In this document: in pieces, positions 38,559 through 55,379 of the stretch
How positions within the stretch are numbered: position 1 is the first letter of the stretch
Layout of the letters: each line of letters opens with the position of its first letter
NCBI GenBank assembly: GCA_963826115.1
Contig: CAWGVS010000010.1
Span: 480,001 to 544,000, forward strand
Direction of reading: 5' to 3'
DNA: 64,000 nt
Origin: an uncultured Candidatus Rokubacteria bacterium
GTDB taxonomy: Bacteria; Methylomirabilota; Methylomirabilia; Rokubacteriales; DASRDR01
Notes under the pieces: model-generated
Database searches by the model: none
The model's input: the letters and a program-made list of their open reading frames with translations, nothing else
Told to the model about the DNA's origin: nothing
Made by a program: the position numbers and the translations under genes

Positions 38559-39167
38559 ATGAGCGACAAGGTCCTGGCGCCCCGGCCCCACGCGGCCCCG
38601 ACCGCGTTCACGCAGGCCCAGCTCGACTGGATTCCGTGGCTCGAGCCGCTGGCGGTCGAGGCATTGACCCCGCGCCACCTCGCCAGCCTGGTGGACGCCG
38701 CGCGCGTGAAGTCGCCGTACTTCCGGCTCCTGGCCCGCGACCCCGACGCGCTGGAGGCCCGGACGCGGACCGACAAGGACATCTTCCACAATCCCGACGC
38801 CGGTCTGCCGCGAGCCGAGCGCGAGCTGGCCGCCACCGCGGCGTCCCGCCTCAACGGCTGCCTCTACTGCGCCTCCGTGCACGCGCGCCACGCCGCGACC
38901 TACTCGAAGCGCGAGGCCGACGTCGAGCGCCTGCTCGACGACGGTGTCGCCGCCGACCTCGGCGAGCGCTGGAACGCCATCGTCGCGGCATCGGTGGCCC
39001 TGACCGCGACGCCGAGCGCATTCGGGCCGGAGCACGTCGATCGCCTGCGCCGCGCGGGTCTCGACGACCTGGCGATCGCCGACGTCGTCCACGCCGCGGC
39101 CTTCTTCGGCTGGGCGAACCGCCTGATGCTCTCGCTCGGCGAGCCGGCGGTCCCGACCGGGACCTAG
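38559..39167 (+). CDS. Alkylhydroperoxidase AhpD-domain protein (Avi_7169-type)
   Basis: ERELAATAASRLNGCLYCASVH, FFGWANRLMLSLGE. Confidence 0.88.
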   Translation: MSDKVLAPRPHAAPTAFTQAQLDWIPWLEPLAVEALTPRHLASLVDAARVKSPYFRLLARDPDALEARTRTDKDIFHNPDAGLPRAERELAATAASRLNGCLYCASVHARHAATYSKREADVERLLDDGVAADLGERWNAIVAASVALTATPSAFGPEHVDRLRRAGLDDLAIADVVHAAAFFGWANRLMLSLGEPAVPTGT

Positions 39168-39353
39168 GCGCGGCCCGCCGCCGCGCGGGCGTCCGCGGCG
39201 TGGCCCCGCTCAGGCTCCGAGCTCACGACGCCATTGGCACCCGACCCGGAAGCGGCTGCGTTGGAAAGTGAGGACCATGGCCTCGCAGTAGCGCCTTACC
39301 CCGAAGTCGCCTGAGCGGCCTGCCCGGGTCCGTGAGCACGGCGGGGCTTCGAG

Positions 39354-42300
39354 CTACGCGCCTCGGACCGTGCCCTCGCCTTGGGAGTCCGGCCGGTACG
39401 CCTCCAGCTCCTCGGCGACCACCGCGCTCACCGTTGCCTCTCCGGTGTCCCGGTCCTGGTGGGTCGCGACGGCCGCCATGATCCGCTCGACAGGCTCGCG
39501 CTGGAGCGGCGGCAGAGGCGCGCCGATCGCCGCCCGCTCGACGGCGGCAGCTCCGAGCAGCCGGGCGGCTCGCGCGTGCTGCGCGCGGGCGAATGCGGCC
39601 TCGCCGAGCACCTCCAGGCAGCACGCGATCCCGAGGCGATCGGCGAGATCCGACCGGATGCCGAGGCTTTCGCGGCCGAGGTGCTCCGCCCGGTCGAGAT
39701 CGCCTCCCCAGAGGGCCACCGAGGCCAGCGCGAAGAGCGAGGCGCCGATGCCGCGCCGGTCTCCCAGATCCCGGCGGAGCGCCAGGGCTTCCTCCGCCAG
39801 CTGGCGGGCGTCGTCGAGCGCGCCGGTCACGCCGAGCAGCAGCGCGAGACCGTTGAGCGCCACGCCCATCCCCCGACGGTCACCGACCAGCCGGCGGAGG
39901 CGGAGGCTCTCCTCGTACATGGGCCGCGCCCCCGCCACGTCGCCCTGGTAGTGAGCGGCATTGGCCAGGTTGTTGAGCTCCTGGGCCGTGCCCCAGGCGT
40001 GATCGTTGGCCCGGAACAGCGCCAGCGCCTCCTGACCCAGGACCACGGCCCGCTCGAAGTCGCCCTGGAACCGCCGGGTGCGCCCGAGGTTGTTGAGGGT
40101 CAGGGCGAGTCCCTCGTCGTCACCGGCCGCGCGCCAGGAGGGGATGGCCTCCGAGAAGAACGCTTCGGCATCCGCGTAGCGCGCCTGATCGTGGGCGATG
40201 ACGCCGAGATTGTTCAGGCTGCGGGCGATATCCCGGGGATCGCCGATCTGCCGCCGGAGCCCGAGCGCCTCGGTGTGATGCGCCGCCGCGCTCCGGTAGT
40301 CCCCCACGTCGCGCGCGAGGTTGCCGGCGCCATTCAGCGCACGTGCGCGCTCCGCCGGCGCCTCGTGACCCGCGTCGGCCAGGATCGCCCCGAGCCACTT
40401 GAGTCCCTCGCGGAGCCCGCCGCGCACTTCCCAGAAGCGCCAGAGCGCCGCGCCGAGCCGGAGACGGAGCACGTCACTCGCCCGGTCCTGGTCGCGCCAG
40501 CTCAGCGCGGCCTGAAGGTTGTCGTACTCGGTCTCGAGGCGATCGAGCCACGCGATCTGCTCGGGTCCGCGGCTCCGGCGCTCGGCTTCCTCGGCCAGCG
40601 CCAGGAACCACTGCTGGTGCCGGCCGCGGAGCCATGCGACCTCGCCGGCCGCCTGCGCCCGCTCCTGGCAGTACTCCCGGATCGACTCGAGCAGCCGATA
40701 CCGGGCGACCGCGGCCCCGGAGTCGCCGGTCTCGACGAGGACCATGGACTTGTCCACGAGCTGGGCCAGGAGGTCGAGCGCCTGGGAGGCGTCGAGCTCG
40801 GGTCCGGCAGAGATGCCCTCGACCGCCTCGAGGGTGAACCCACCCGCGAACACCGACAGGCGCCGGAGCAGCGTCTGCTCCGGCTTGGAGAGGAGGTCGT
40901 GGCTCCAGTCCAGCGCGGCGCGCAGCGTCTGCTGGCGCGGCTCGACTGTCCGGCTGCCTCCCGTGAGGAGCCGGAACCGGTCGTTCAGCCGCGCCACGAT
41001 CTGCTCGACGCGGAGGACGCGCACGCGGGCCGCCGCCAGCTCGATGGCGAGCGGGAGGCCGTCGAGCCGCCGGCAGAGCTCGGCGACCGAGGCGGCATTC
41101 GCGGCCGTGATGGCGAAGGTCGGCGCCACCAGCCGGGCGCGCTCGACGAAAAGCCGGACGGCCTCGGACCTCGCCAGGCGATCGGGCGCCACCTCGCGCT
41201 CGTCGGGCACGGCGAGCGACGGCACCTGGAACGTGCTCTCGCCCGGGATGTTGAGGCGCTCGCGGCTGGTCGCCAGCACCGCGAGCCGGGGACACGCGCG
41301 GAGCAGCGCCTCGACGAGCGCAGCGCACGTCTCCACGACGTGCTCGCAGTTGTCGAGGATCAGGAGCGCCTGGCGGCGGGCGAGCGCGGTGGCCAGGAGC
41401 TCGCGGGGCGGCCGGGCGGCGTCCTCGTGGAGACCCAGGGCGGCCGCGACGGCCTGCGCCACCAGGGCCGCGTCCGGCACGGTGCCGAGCTCGACGAACC
41501 AGACGCCGTCCGGGTAGCGCTCCCGGAGCTGCGGGCCCGCCGTGAGGGCGAGCCGGGTCTTGCCGACGCCGCCGGTGCCGAGGAGCGTCACCACCCGGTG
41601 GGCGCCGAGGAGGCGGTCGACGTTGCGCAGCTCCTGCTCCCGGCCGATCAGGCTCGTCACGGGAAGGGGCAGCGTGACCGGCGCGCGCTCCGCCGACGCA
41701 TCGGTCGGGCCCACGGGCTCCGTCGCGCCGGGCGCCCGCTCCGGGGCCAGGCCGTGCTTGTCGATGCGATACCGGAGCTGGCTGCGACTCAGACCCAGAC
41801 GGGCCGCGGCGCGCGAGACGTTCCACCCCGTGTCACGCAGGACCTGTTCGACCCGTTCCGGTCCGATCTCGCCCGCGGCATCCGGCTCCGCCTCTGCCGC
41901 GTCTGCGGCGCGCCCCTTCGAGCGGGCGGGGGACGGGGAGAGCTCCAGGGCCGCCGCCGGCAGCTCGGACGCCTCGGTGAGGAGCACGGCGCGGGTGATG
42001 ACGTTCTTCAGCTCGCGGATGTTGCCGGGCCACTCGTGACCGCGGAGCGCGGCGCGCGCGTCCGCCGTCAGCGTCTTCGGCGGCCGCGCGGTCCCGGCGG
42101 ACGCCTCGCGCAGAAAGCGCTCGGCGAGGGGCAGGATGTCGTCCGGCCGATCGCGGAGGGCCGGCAGCCGCACCGTGATCACCGCCAGGCGGTGGTAGAG
42201 GTCCGAGCGGAACCGGCGCTCGCGGGCGGCGACCTCCAGGTCCTCGCTGGTCGCCGCGATGATCCACACGTCGACCGGCTCACCGCGCGTCGCCCCCAGG

Positions 42301-42785
42301 CGTCGCACCGTGCCTTCCTCGAGGACCGTCAGGAGCTTGGCCTGGGACTCCGTCGGCAGGAGCGCGACCTCGTCGAGGAACAACGTGCCGCCGCCCGCCT
42401 CCTGCACGAGCCCGGGCTTGGCGTGCTTCGCGTCCGTGAACGCGCCACGCTCGAAGCCGAACAGCTCGGCTTCCAGGAGGTTCGACGGGATCGCCGCGCA
42501 GTTGACGTCGACGAAGGCGCCCTCGGCCCTTGGACCGGCCCGGTGGAGCAGGCGGGCCACCATGCTCTTCCCGACCCCCGTCTCGCCCAGGAGGAGGACC
42601 GACGCAGGCCGCCGGGCCTGGGCCTGGCCGACGAGGAGGCGCCGGAGCGTCTCGCGGACGCCCGCCATCGCCGAGCTCTCCCCGATGAGCTCGCCCAGGC
42701 GGTCGATGTCCACGATGGCGTCCCCCGTTTCCTCGGCCCGGTCCCTGGAAGGTCTCGCGGCGGGGCGTCGACGCCCCGCGGCCAT
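39354..42785 (-). CDS. Sigma54-interaction AAA+ / Fis-HTH / STAND (NB-ARC-like) ATPase / TPR fusion; start may be GTG 42713
   Basis: GETGVGKS, GAFTDA, LFLDEV, WPGNIREL, HTH NVSRAAARLG, then GTGGVGKT, LILDNCEH, GLPLAIELAAAR, TPRs. Confidence 0.9.
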   Translation of the reverse strand: MAAGRRRPAARPSRDRAEETGDAIVDIDRLGELIGESSAMAGVRETLRRLLVGQAQARRPASVLLLGETGVGKSMVARLLHRAGPRAEGAFVDVNCAAIPSNLLEAELFGFERGAFTDAKHAKPGLVQEAGGGTLFLDEVALLPTESQAKLLTVLEEGTVRRLGATRGEPVDVWIIAATSEDLEVAARERRFRSDLYHRLAVITVRLPALRDRPDDILPLAERFLREASAGTARPPKTLTADARAALRGHEWPGNIRELKNVITRAVLLTEASELPAAALELSPSPARSKGRAADAAEAEPDAAGEIGPERVEQVLRDTGWNVSRAAARLGLSRSQLRYRIDKHGLAPERAPGATEPVGPTDASAERAPVTLPLPVTSLIGREQELRNVDRLLGAHRVVTLLGTGGVGKTRLALTAGPQLRERYPDGVWFVELGTVPDAALVAQAVAAALGLHEDAARPPRELLATALARRQALLILDNCEHVVETCAALVEALLRACPRLAVLATSRERLNIPGESTFQVPSLAVPDEREVAPDRLARSEAVRLFVERARLVAPTFAITAANAASVAELCRRLDGLPLAIELAAARVRVLRVEQIVARLNDRFRLLTGGSRTVEPRQQTLRAALDWSHDLLSKPEQTLLRRLSVFAGGFTLEAVEGISAGPELDASQALDLLAQLVDKSMVLVETGDSGAAVARYRLLESIREYCQERAQAAGEVAWLRGRHQQWFLALAEEAERRSRGPEQIAWLDRLETEYDNLQAALSWRDQDRASDVLRLRLGAALWRFWEVRGGLREGLKWLGAILADAGHEAPAERARALNGAGNLARDVGDYRSAAAHHTEALGLRRQIGDPRDIARSLNNLGVIAHDQARYADAEAFFSEAIPSWRAAGDDEGLALTLNNLGRTRRFQGDFERAVVLGQEALALFRANDHAWGTAQELNNLANAAHYQGDVAGARPMYEESLRLRRLVGDRRGMGVALNGLALLLGVTGALDDARQLAEEALALRRDLGDRRGIGASLFALASVALWGGDLDRAEHLGRESLGIRSDLADRLGIACCLEVLGEAAFARAQHARAARLLGAAAVERAAIGAPLPPLQREPVERIMAAVATHQDRDTGEATVSAVVAEELEAYRPDSQGEGTVRGA

Positions 42786-42896
42786 TGGCTAGCCAGTGGC
42801 TGACCAGCGGCTGACCCGCGTCGCGCCCGAGTCGGGCCCGCCCGAGATCCTCGCCATCCTACCGATTATTCAGGCGAAACACCAACGCAGACGCCC

Positions 42897-42912
42897 TGGC
42901 ACTGCCCTTGCC
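42897..42912 (+). promoter_or_regulatory. Sigma54 (-24/-12) promoter
   Basis: TGGCACTGCCCTTGC is TGGCAC-N5-TTGC (GG-N10-GC), about 107 nt upstream of ATG 43019 and divergent from a sigma54 activator gene. Confidence 0.75.
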
Positions 42913-43018
42913 CTAGCGTGTCCCCGTGACGTCGCGCTCGAGACCGAGCCCGACGGTCGAGAGAGGCACACAACGGGCCGGTCCTCCTCGCAGGAGGACG
43001 GCAACCCAGGAGGTCGCC

Positions 43019-44059
43019 ATGAAGCTTCCACCGAGCCCGCCGCTGTCGAGCCTGCTGGTCGCCGCGTTTCTGGCCGTCGTGGGATGGCTGGCCTTCACGG
43101 CATTCGCCGGCCCCCAGACCCCGATCGACGGGGCCGTGTCCGACCCCGCGCCGGTCATCGTGCCCCAGGCCGGGCATCAGCACGCGCCGCTCCCGGCTGG
43201 CGCTCCGGCCGCCGCGGTGGCGCCCAAGGCCGGCGCCGACGCGCCTCGGGCCGCCGCCCCGGCCGGCCGGGTGCTGGGCGCGGAGAGCGAGATCGGGAAG
43301 GGGACCGTCTCGACGTACACGGAGATCAGCGCGCAGGGCGAGCTCCGGACGATCGGCATCGTCTTCTCGCCGGGCGCCCTGGACGGCCTGCCCACGGACG
43401 GCTCGGACTTCCACCACTGCTTCGACAAGAACCAGGACGGCGCCGTGGACCGGGCGACCGAGTGCCTCCACAGCTTCGAGCACGTGCTGCCGCTCCCGGA
43501 TGCCGTGGCGCGGCGCAAGGACGTGCCGTTCAAGTGGGTGCTGCTCAACTGGAACCCGCACGGCCACATGCCGCCCGGCATCTACGACCTGCCGCACTTC
43601 GACGTGCACTTCTTCATGGAGCCGATCGCGAAGATCTTCGCGCTCCAGGCCGGCCCGTGCGGGCCGGAGCTGATGCGCTGCGATCAGTTCGAGGTGGCGA
43701 AGCAGCCGGTGCCGTCGAACTACATCCACCCCGACTTCAAGGACGTGGACGGCGTGGTGCCGGCGATGGGCAACCACCTCGTGGACCTGACGGGCCCGGA
43801 GTTCCAGAAGCAGCCCTTCACGCGGAGCTGGATCTTCGGGTCATACGGCGGGCGGATCATCTTCTACGAGGAGATGGTGGCCCACCGGACCCTCGTCAAC
43901 ACGACCCAGTCATGCTCGCCGATCAAGCAGCCGAAGGGCGTGGCGACGGCCGGTTACTACCCGACCCTCTCGTGCCTCCGCCACGACGCGACGACGGGCG
44001 ACACCACGGTGTCGCTCGAGCAGTTCGTCTTCCGCGCCGCCAGCGCCCCGGAGCCCTGA
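43019..44059 (+). CDS. Exported His/Cys-rich protein (DUF5602/TTHB210-like)
   Basis: GGAGG RBS, signal peptide, NWNPHGHMPPGIYDLPHFDVHF, VPAMGNH, IFYEEMV. Confidence 0.78.
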   Translation: MKLPPSPPLSSLLVAAFLAVVGWLAFTAFAGPQTPIDGAVSDPAPVIVPQAGHQHAPLPAGAPAAAVAPKAGADAPRAAAPAGRVLGAESEIGKGTVSTYTEISAQGELRTIGIVFSPGALDGLPTDGSDFHHCFDKNQDGAVDRATECLHSFEHVLPLPDAVARRKDVPFKWVLLNWNPHGHMPPGIYDLPHFDVHFFMEPIAKIFALQAGPCGPELMRCDQFEVAKQPVPSNYIHPDFKDVDGVVPAMGNHLVDLTGPEFQKQPFTRSWIFGSYGGRIIFYEEMVAHRTLVNTTQSCSPIKQPKGVATAGYYPTLSCLRHDATTGDTTVSLEQFVFRAASAPEP

Positions 44060-44076
44060 GCGGCGGCCTGACGGGC

Positions 44077-44124
44077 CGGCGCCCGCTCGCGCGCGATCCA
44101 GGTCGCGACCGCGAGCGGGCGCCG
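44077..44124. terminator. Hairpin between convergent genes
   Basis: CGGCGCCCGCTCGCG / CGCGAGCGGGCGCCG perfect 15-bp inverted repeat. Confidence 0.6.
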
Positions 44125-44141
44125 CCGCGCTTCCGCAGCCT

Positions 44142-44834
44142 CTATCGGCGCGGGGCCGGCTTCTTCCGCGACGTGGCCCGACCCTTCCGGGCCGCGGAGG
44201 CTCGCCGGGGCCGGCGGACGGCCCGCACCTTCCCGGTGCCGCCACTTCCGCAGAAGAACCGGTCGCCGCCGTCGGACTCGAGCCCCGAGACGTTCACGCC
44301 CGGCGGCATCGCGAGTCGCTCCAGGACCTTTCCCGTCCGGGGATCGACCCGCCGCAGCTCGCTCTCGTCGTCCTCCCAGGTGCCGTGCCAGAGCTCGCCG
44401 TCGACCCAGGTGACTCCGGTGACGAAGCGGTTCGACTTGATGGTGCGAAGGATCGCCCCGGTCTCGGGATCGATCTGATGGATCTTCCGGTCCCGGTACT
44501 GCCCCACCCAGAGTGTTCCCTCGGCCCACGCGAGCCCCGAGTCGCCGCCGTCGCCCGGCGCCGGGATCGTGGCGAGCACCCGGCCGGTCTTCGGATCGAT
44601 CTTCTGGATGCGACGCTCGGCGAGCTGGAACAGATGGCGGCCGTCGAAGGCCGTTCCGGCATCGCCGGCGACGTCGAGCGAGCGCACCGTCTTCCCGCTC
44701 GCCGGATCGAGGGCCTTCAGCGTGGCTCCGGCGGCGAACCAGACGCGCTTCCCGTCATAGGTGACGCCGCCGACGGCGTCGACACCCGGAAAGGGTCCGT
44801 ACTCCCGGACGATCTCGGCCGCGGTTGGTTTCAT
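44142..44834 (-). CDS. Glutaminyl-cyclotransferase-like beta-propeller protein
   Basis: Repeated G(V/L)TxDG-xLW blades with IDPxTG motifs. Confidence 0.75.
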   Translation of the reverse strand: MKPTAAEIVREYGPFPGVDAVGGVTYDGKRVWFAAGATLKALDPASGKTVRSLDVAGDAGTAFDGRHLFQLAERRIQKIDPKTGRVLATIPAPGDGGDSGLAWAEGTLWVGQYRDRKIHQIDPETGAILRTIKSNRFVTGVTWVDGELWHGTWEDDESELRRVDPRTGKVLERLAMPPGVNVSGLESDGGDRFFCGSGGTGKVRAVRRPRRASAARKGRATSRKKPAPRR

Positions 44835-44843
44835 GCATTCATC

Positions 44844-46064
44844 CTAGCCACTCGGGAGTGGCGCGGGGAGTAACAAGAGCGTCGTGAATCCCGGCACGGG
44901 CGGGGTCATCCAGCGCCGCGCCCGGCCGCGGCCGAGCGGCTGGACCTTGCCGGCGGCCGCGAGCGAGTCGAGCGCCCGCTGCACGGTGCGCTGGCTGGCT
45001 CCGAGCGCGAGGGCCAGGGCCGAGCTCGACCACGATTCGCCGTCGGCGAGGAGGGCGAGCATCGCCCCGCGCTCGCCTTCGACGGGCGGCGCCAGCACGG
45101 CCACCTCGCGGGCGCGTCTCGGCTCGAGCGCGAACCCGCGCTTCGTCGCGCTGACGCCGCCGAGCGTCCGGAGCGCCGCGCGCAGCCGTCCGACCTCGAC
45201 GCGCAGCCGCGCCCGAAACGAGGTATCGGCGAGCGGGGCGCCGAACGCCCGCGCGACGAGCGTGTCCCGCGACACGTCGCCGGGCCACGCCTCGCCCAGC
45301 GCCCGGGCCAGCTCGAAGAGCACCGGACGCCGGGCGAGCGAGACCACCGTGCGCGCATCGCGCACGGCCCGGCGGCACGCGTCCACGACCAGCGTCCTCG
45401 ACGTCAGCAGGGCCTCGACCTCCTCGAGCCGGAGGGGGCGCTCCTCGCCCCTCGCGATCAGGCGCGCCGCCGGCGCGCCCAGGACGAGGGCGGCGCCGTC
45501 GACCTCCGCCGCCAGGGCGGGAATGCGCGCGTCACGCGCGGCGCGCTCGGCACGGGCGAGCGCCGCGCGCGCCGCCTTCGGCCGGAGCCGGCGCAGCGCG
45601 ATCCCCGCGGCCACCAGCTCGTGGACCGCCCGGTGCGCGGACGGGAGGGCCGAGGGGTCGAGCCCGGCGAGCGCGCGCTCCGCCTCGTCGACGTGGCCGA
45701 TCAGGAGGAGTCGCCGGATGCCCAGGTACCGGGCGTACGCGGCGTTCACCCGGTCGCCGTGCTCCTCCAGCGTCGCCCGCGCGGCCTCGAGCGCTCGCGC
45801 GCGCCAGCCCAGATCGCGCGAGACGAGGGCCACCTCGGCCTCGGCGACGACGCACCGCGCGCGGGCCACCGCCTCGCCCGGACCGAAGGCCCGCGCCGCG
45901 CGGCGCAGGAGCGTCCTCGACCGGGCGTGATCGCCGAGCTGCGCCATCGCGATGCCCCGGAGCGCGAGCGCGGGGGCGTCGTCGCGCAGGGCGACCCGCT
46001 TCAGCGCGGCGAGGGGATCGCCGGCGGCGAGGGCGCGCGCGGCGGCGGTGATCAGGGAGTCCAT
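44844..46064 (-). CDS. TPR-like / winged-HTH DNA-binding protein
   Basis: MDSLITAAARALAAGDPL start; C-terminal WSSSALALALGASQRTVQRAL HTH. Confidence 0.8.
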   Translation of the reverse strand: MDSLITAAARALAAGDPLAALKRVALRDDAPALALRGIAMAQLGDHARSRTLLRRAARAFGPGEAVARARCVVAEAEVALVSRDLGWRARALEAARATLEEHGDRVNAAYARYLGIRRLLLIGHVDEAERALAGLDPSALPSAHRAVHELVAAGIALRRLRPKAARAALARAERAARDARIPALAAEVDGAALVLGAPAARLIARGEERPLRLEEVEALLTSRTLVVDACRRAVRDARTVVSLARRPVLFELARALGEAWPGDVSRDTLVARAFGAPLADTSFRARLRVEVGRLRAALRTLGGVSATKRGFALEPRRAREVAVLAPPVEGERGAMLALLADGESWSSSALALALGASQRTVQRALDSLAAAGKVQPLGRGRARRWMTPPVPGFTTLLLLPAPLPSG

Positions 46065-46188
46065 CGGAATCCCGCCACACTTGTCACTCCCATGGTTCCG
46101 CCATCCGGCGTCAAGTGTATCGCGTGGCCAGGAGCCACGGAGACGTGGCGAGAACCGAACCGACACCCGAGAGAAGGAGACAGGCACC

Positions 46189-46968
46189 ATGACGAAGCAC
46201 AAGACCGGAACCCGCCAGGAGTGGCTCGCGGCGCGGCTCAAGCTGCTCGACGCGGAGAAGAAGCTCACGCGGAAGAGCGACGAGCTGGCGCAGCGGCGCC
46301 AGGAGCTGCCGTGGGTCCGGATCGACGAGAAGTACGGGTTCGAGACGGAGGAGGGGAGCGCCTCGCTGGCCGACCTCTTCCGGGGCCGCTCGCAGCTCCT
46401 CGTCTACCACTTCATGTTTGGACCCGACTACGCCGCCGGCTGCCCGTCCTGCTCGATGATCGCCGACGGCTTCAACGGGTTCGCCGTGCACCTGGCCAAC
46501 CACGACGTGATGCTCTGGGCCGTGTCGCGGGCGCCGCTCGCGAAGCTCGAGGCCTACAAGCGGCGGATGGGGTGGACGTTCCCCTGGGCGTCCTCGTTCG
46601 GCAGCAGCTTCAACGCCGACTTCGCCGTGGGGTTCACCGAGAAGCAGCAGCGCGAGGGTGGCATCGAGTACAACTACCGGCGCGAGGCGGCGTGGCAGTG
46701 GCGCGAGGGCTCGGAGCGCGGCGGCGAGGGGCCCGTCGCCGAGTTCGCGGCCATGACCGGGACCGACGTGCCCACGTACATCCGGGAGCGGCCGGGCGTG
46801 AGCGCGTTCGCCCTCGACGACGGCGTCGTCTACCACACGTACTCCGCCTATGCGCGCGGACTGGACGGCCTCTGGGGCAGCTACCAGTGGCTCGACCGCG
46901 CCCCCCGGGGACGCAACGAGGAGTCGGGCGTGTGGTGGCGCCGCCACGACGAGTACGGGAAGCGCTGA
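46189..46968 (+). CDS. DUF899 thioredoxin-like protein
   Basis: AAGGAG RBS, QLLVYHFMFGP, GCPSCS, WASS, YHTYSAYARG, WLDRAPRGRNE. Confidence 0.9.
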   Translation: MTKHKTGTRQEWLAARLKLLDAEKKLTRKSDELAQRRQELPWVRIDEKYGFETEEGSASLADLFRGRSQLLVYHFMFGPDYAAGCPSCSMIADGFNGFAVHLANHDVMLWAVSRAPLAKLEAYKRRMGWTFPWASSFGSSFNADFAVGFTEKQQREGGIEYNYRREAAWQWREGSERGGEGPVAEFAAMTGTDVPTYIRERPGVSAFALDDGVVYHTYSAYARGLDGLWGSYQWLDRAPRGRNEESGVWWRRHDEYGKR

Positions 46969-46976
46969 GGGACGCC

Positions 46977-47813
46977 ATGGTGACCGCGGCGCAGACTGCG
47001 AGACCGGAGATCTCTCGACGCATGGCGTCCGAGCGAACGTCCCGCCACGCGTTCCTCGGCGTCTCGGCGGTGCTCTTCGCGGCCAGCGCCGCGGTCACGA
47101 TCCGGTGGTGCCTGTCCATGTCCGAGATGGGGGAGATGCCGATGCCCGGCGGCTGGACGATGTCGATGGCGTGGATGCGGCGGCCCGGGCAGACGTGGCC
47201 CGGAGCCGCCGTGTCGTTCCTCGGCATGTGGGTCGTCATGATGACGGCGATGATGCTGCCGTCGCTGGTCCCGGTGCTGTGGCGCTACCGGCAGTCGATC
47301 GCCCGGACGGGGGAAACGCGCCTCGGCGGGCGGACCGCGCTCGTGGGCGCGGGCTACTTCCTCGTGTGGGCCCTGATCGGCATGGCCGTGTTTCCGCTGG
47401 GCGTCACCCTCGCGGCGGCCGAGATGGGCCAGCCGGCGCTCGCGCGCGCCGTGCCGATGGCGATCGGTGTGGTCGTCCTGCTCGCCGGCGCGCTCCAGTT
47501 CACCGCGTGGAAGGCGCGTCACCTGGCCTGCTGTCGGAGGGCGCGCGGACGCGAGCGAGCGTCGCCCGAGGACGCCCGCGCCGCCTGGCGTCACGGCCTC
47601 CGCCTGGGCCTCCACTGCAGCAGTTCCACCGCCGGCCTGACGGCGATCCTGCTGGCCGTGGGAGTCATGGATCTTCGGGCGATGGCCGTCGTGACGGCGC
47701 TCGTCACCGTCGAGCGGCTCGCGCCGGCCGGGGCGCGCGTCGCGCGAGCCATCGGGGCCGTCCTGGTGGGGGCCGGGGCGCTGCTGGTCGTGCGAGCGGC
47801 CGGCCTCGGATGA
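46977..47813 (+). CDS. DUF2182 predicted metal-binding membrane protein
   Basis: Met-rich MPMPGGWTMSMAWM, MWVVMMTAMMLPS, QFTAWKARHLACC. Confidence 0.85.
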   Translation: MVTAAQTARPEISRRMASERTSRHAFLGVSAVLFAASAAVTIRWCLSMSEMGEMPMPGGWTMSMAWMRRPGQTWPGAAVSFLGMWVVMMTAMMLPSLVPVLWRYRQSIARTGETRLGGRTALVGAGYFLVWALIGMAVFPLGVTLAAAEMGQPALARAVPMAIGVVVLLAGALQFTAWKARHLACCRRARGRERASPEDARAAWRHGLRLGLHCSSSTAGLTAILLAVGVMDLRAMAVVTALVTVERLAPAGARVARAIGAVLVGAGALLVVRAAGLG

Positions 47814-47841
47814 GACCGGCCGCGTGGTCTACCGGGAGGGC

Positions 47842-47876
47842 GCGGCGCGGGTGGCCGCTCGGACCACCCGCGCCGC
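47842..47876. terminator. Hairpin between convergent DUF2182 and katG
   Basis: GCGGCGCGGGTGG-9 nt-CCACCCGCGCCGC perfect 13-bp stem. Confidence 0.65.
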
Positions 47877-47883
47877 CCGGGAG

Positions 47884-50796
<2,913 letters not shown>

Positions 50797-50818
<22 letters not shown>

Positions 50819-50855
50819 GTAACAGGACGTTACGGGTGCGCGACGTCCGTGTCAA
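50797..50855 (-). promoter_or_regulatory. Sigma70 promoter plus Fur/Per-box-like palindrome
   Basis: TTGACA (50855-50850), 17 nt, TAACGT (50832-50827); then TGGGAATGAGAATCACTCCCA (50817-50797). Confidence 0.72.
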
Positions 50856-50996
50856 GACGGAGGGCAGGCGATCACGGGCGGCCGTCGTAGCAACCGGACG
50901 GCCTGCGAGTTGCCGCACGGGGGCGCCACCTTGCCCGGCGCGCGGCGCCCGATCGGTTCGGGACGAGACCGGGCCAGCGCGTGGCCGGCCGGGCGG

Positions 50997-55196
<4,200 letters not shown>

Positions 55197-55203
55197 CGGG
55201 GCC

Positions 55204-55309
55204 ATCGTACCCGCCGAGCGACCCCTGTCATAGCCGGTCGCGCGCGCCGTCTCCGAGCCGCCGCCCGGCCCTGCGGCCCTTGACACCCTCGTCGGCCGCC
55301 CGGCACGAT
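55204..55309. promoter_or_regulatory. Divergent sigma70-like promoters
   Basis: Minus: ATGACA (55231-55226), 16 nt, TACGAT (55209-55204). Plus: TTGACA (55280-55285), 18 nt, CACGAT (55304-55309). Confidence 0.45.
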
Positions 55310-55379
55310 CGGAGGCGGTGCACGCCTGGTTCCGTGGCTCCTCGGTCGGCCGGACGGCGGCCGCGCCGGCGTCGAGACG

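Noticed and set aside
39200-39300. Moco riboswitch-like words (CTCCGAGC...TTGGAAAG) and an RBS-ATG
   Set aside because: The GCCTCC-containing stem is missing, the ORF is only 4 codons, and no Mo gene follows.
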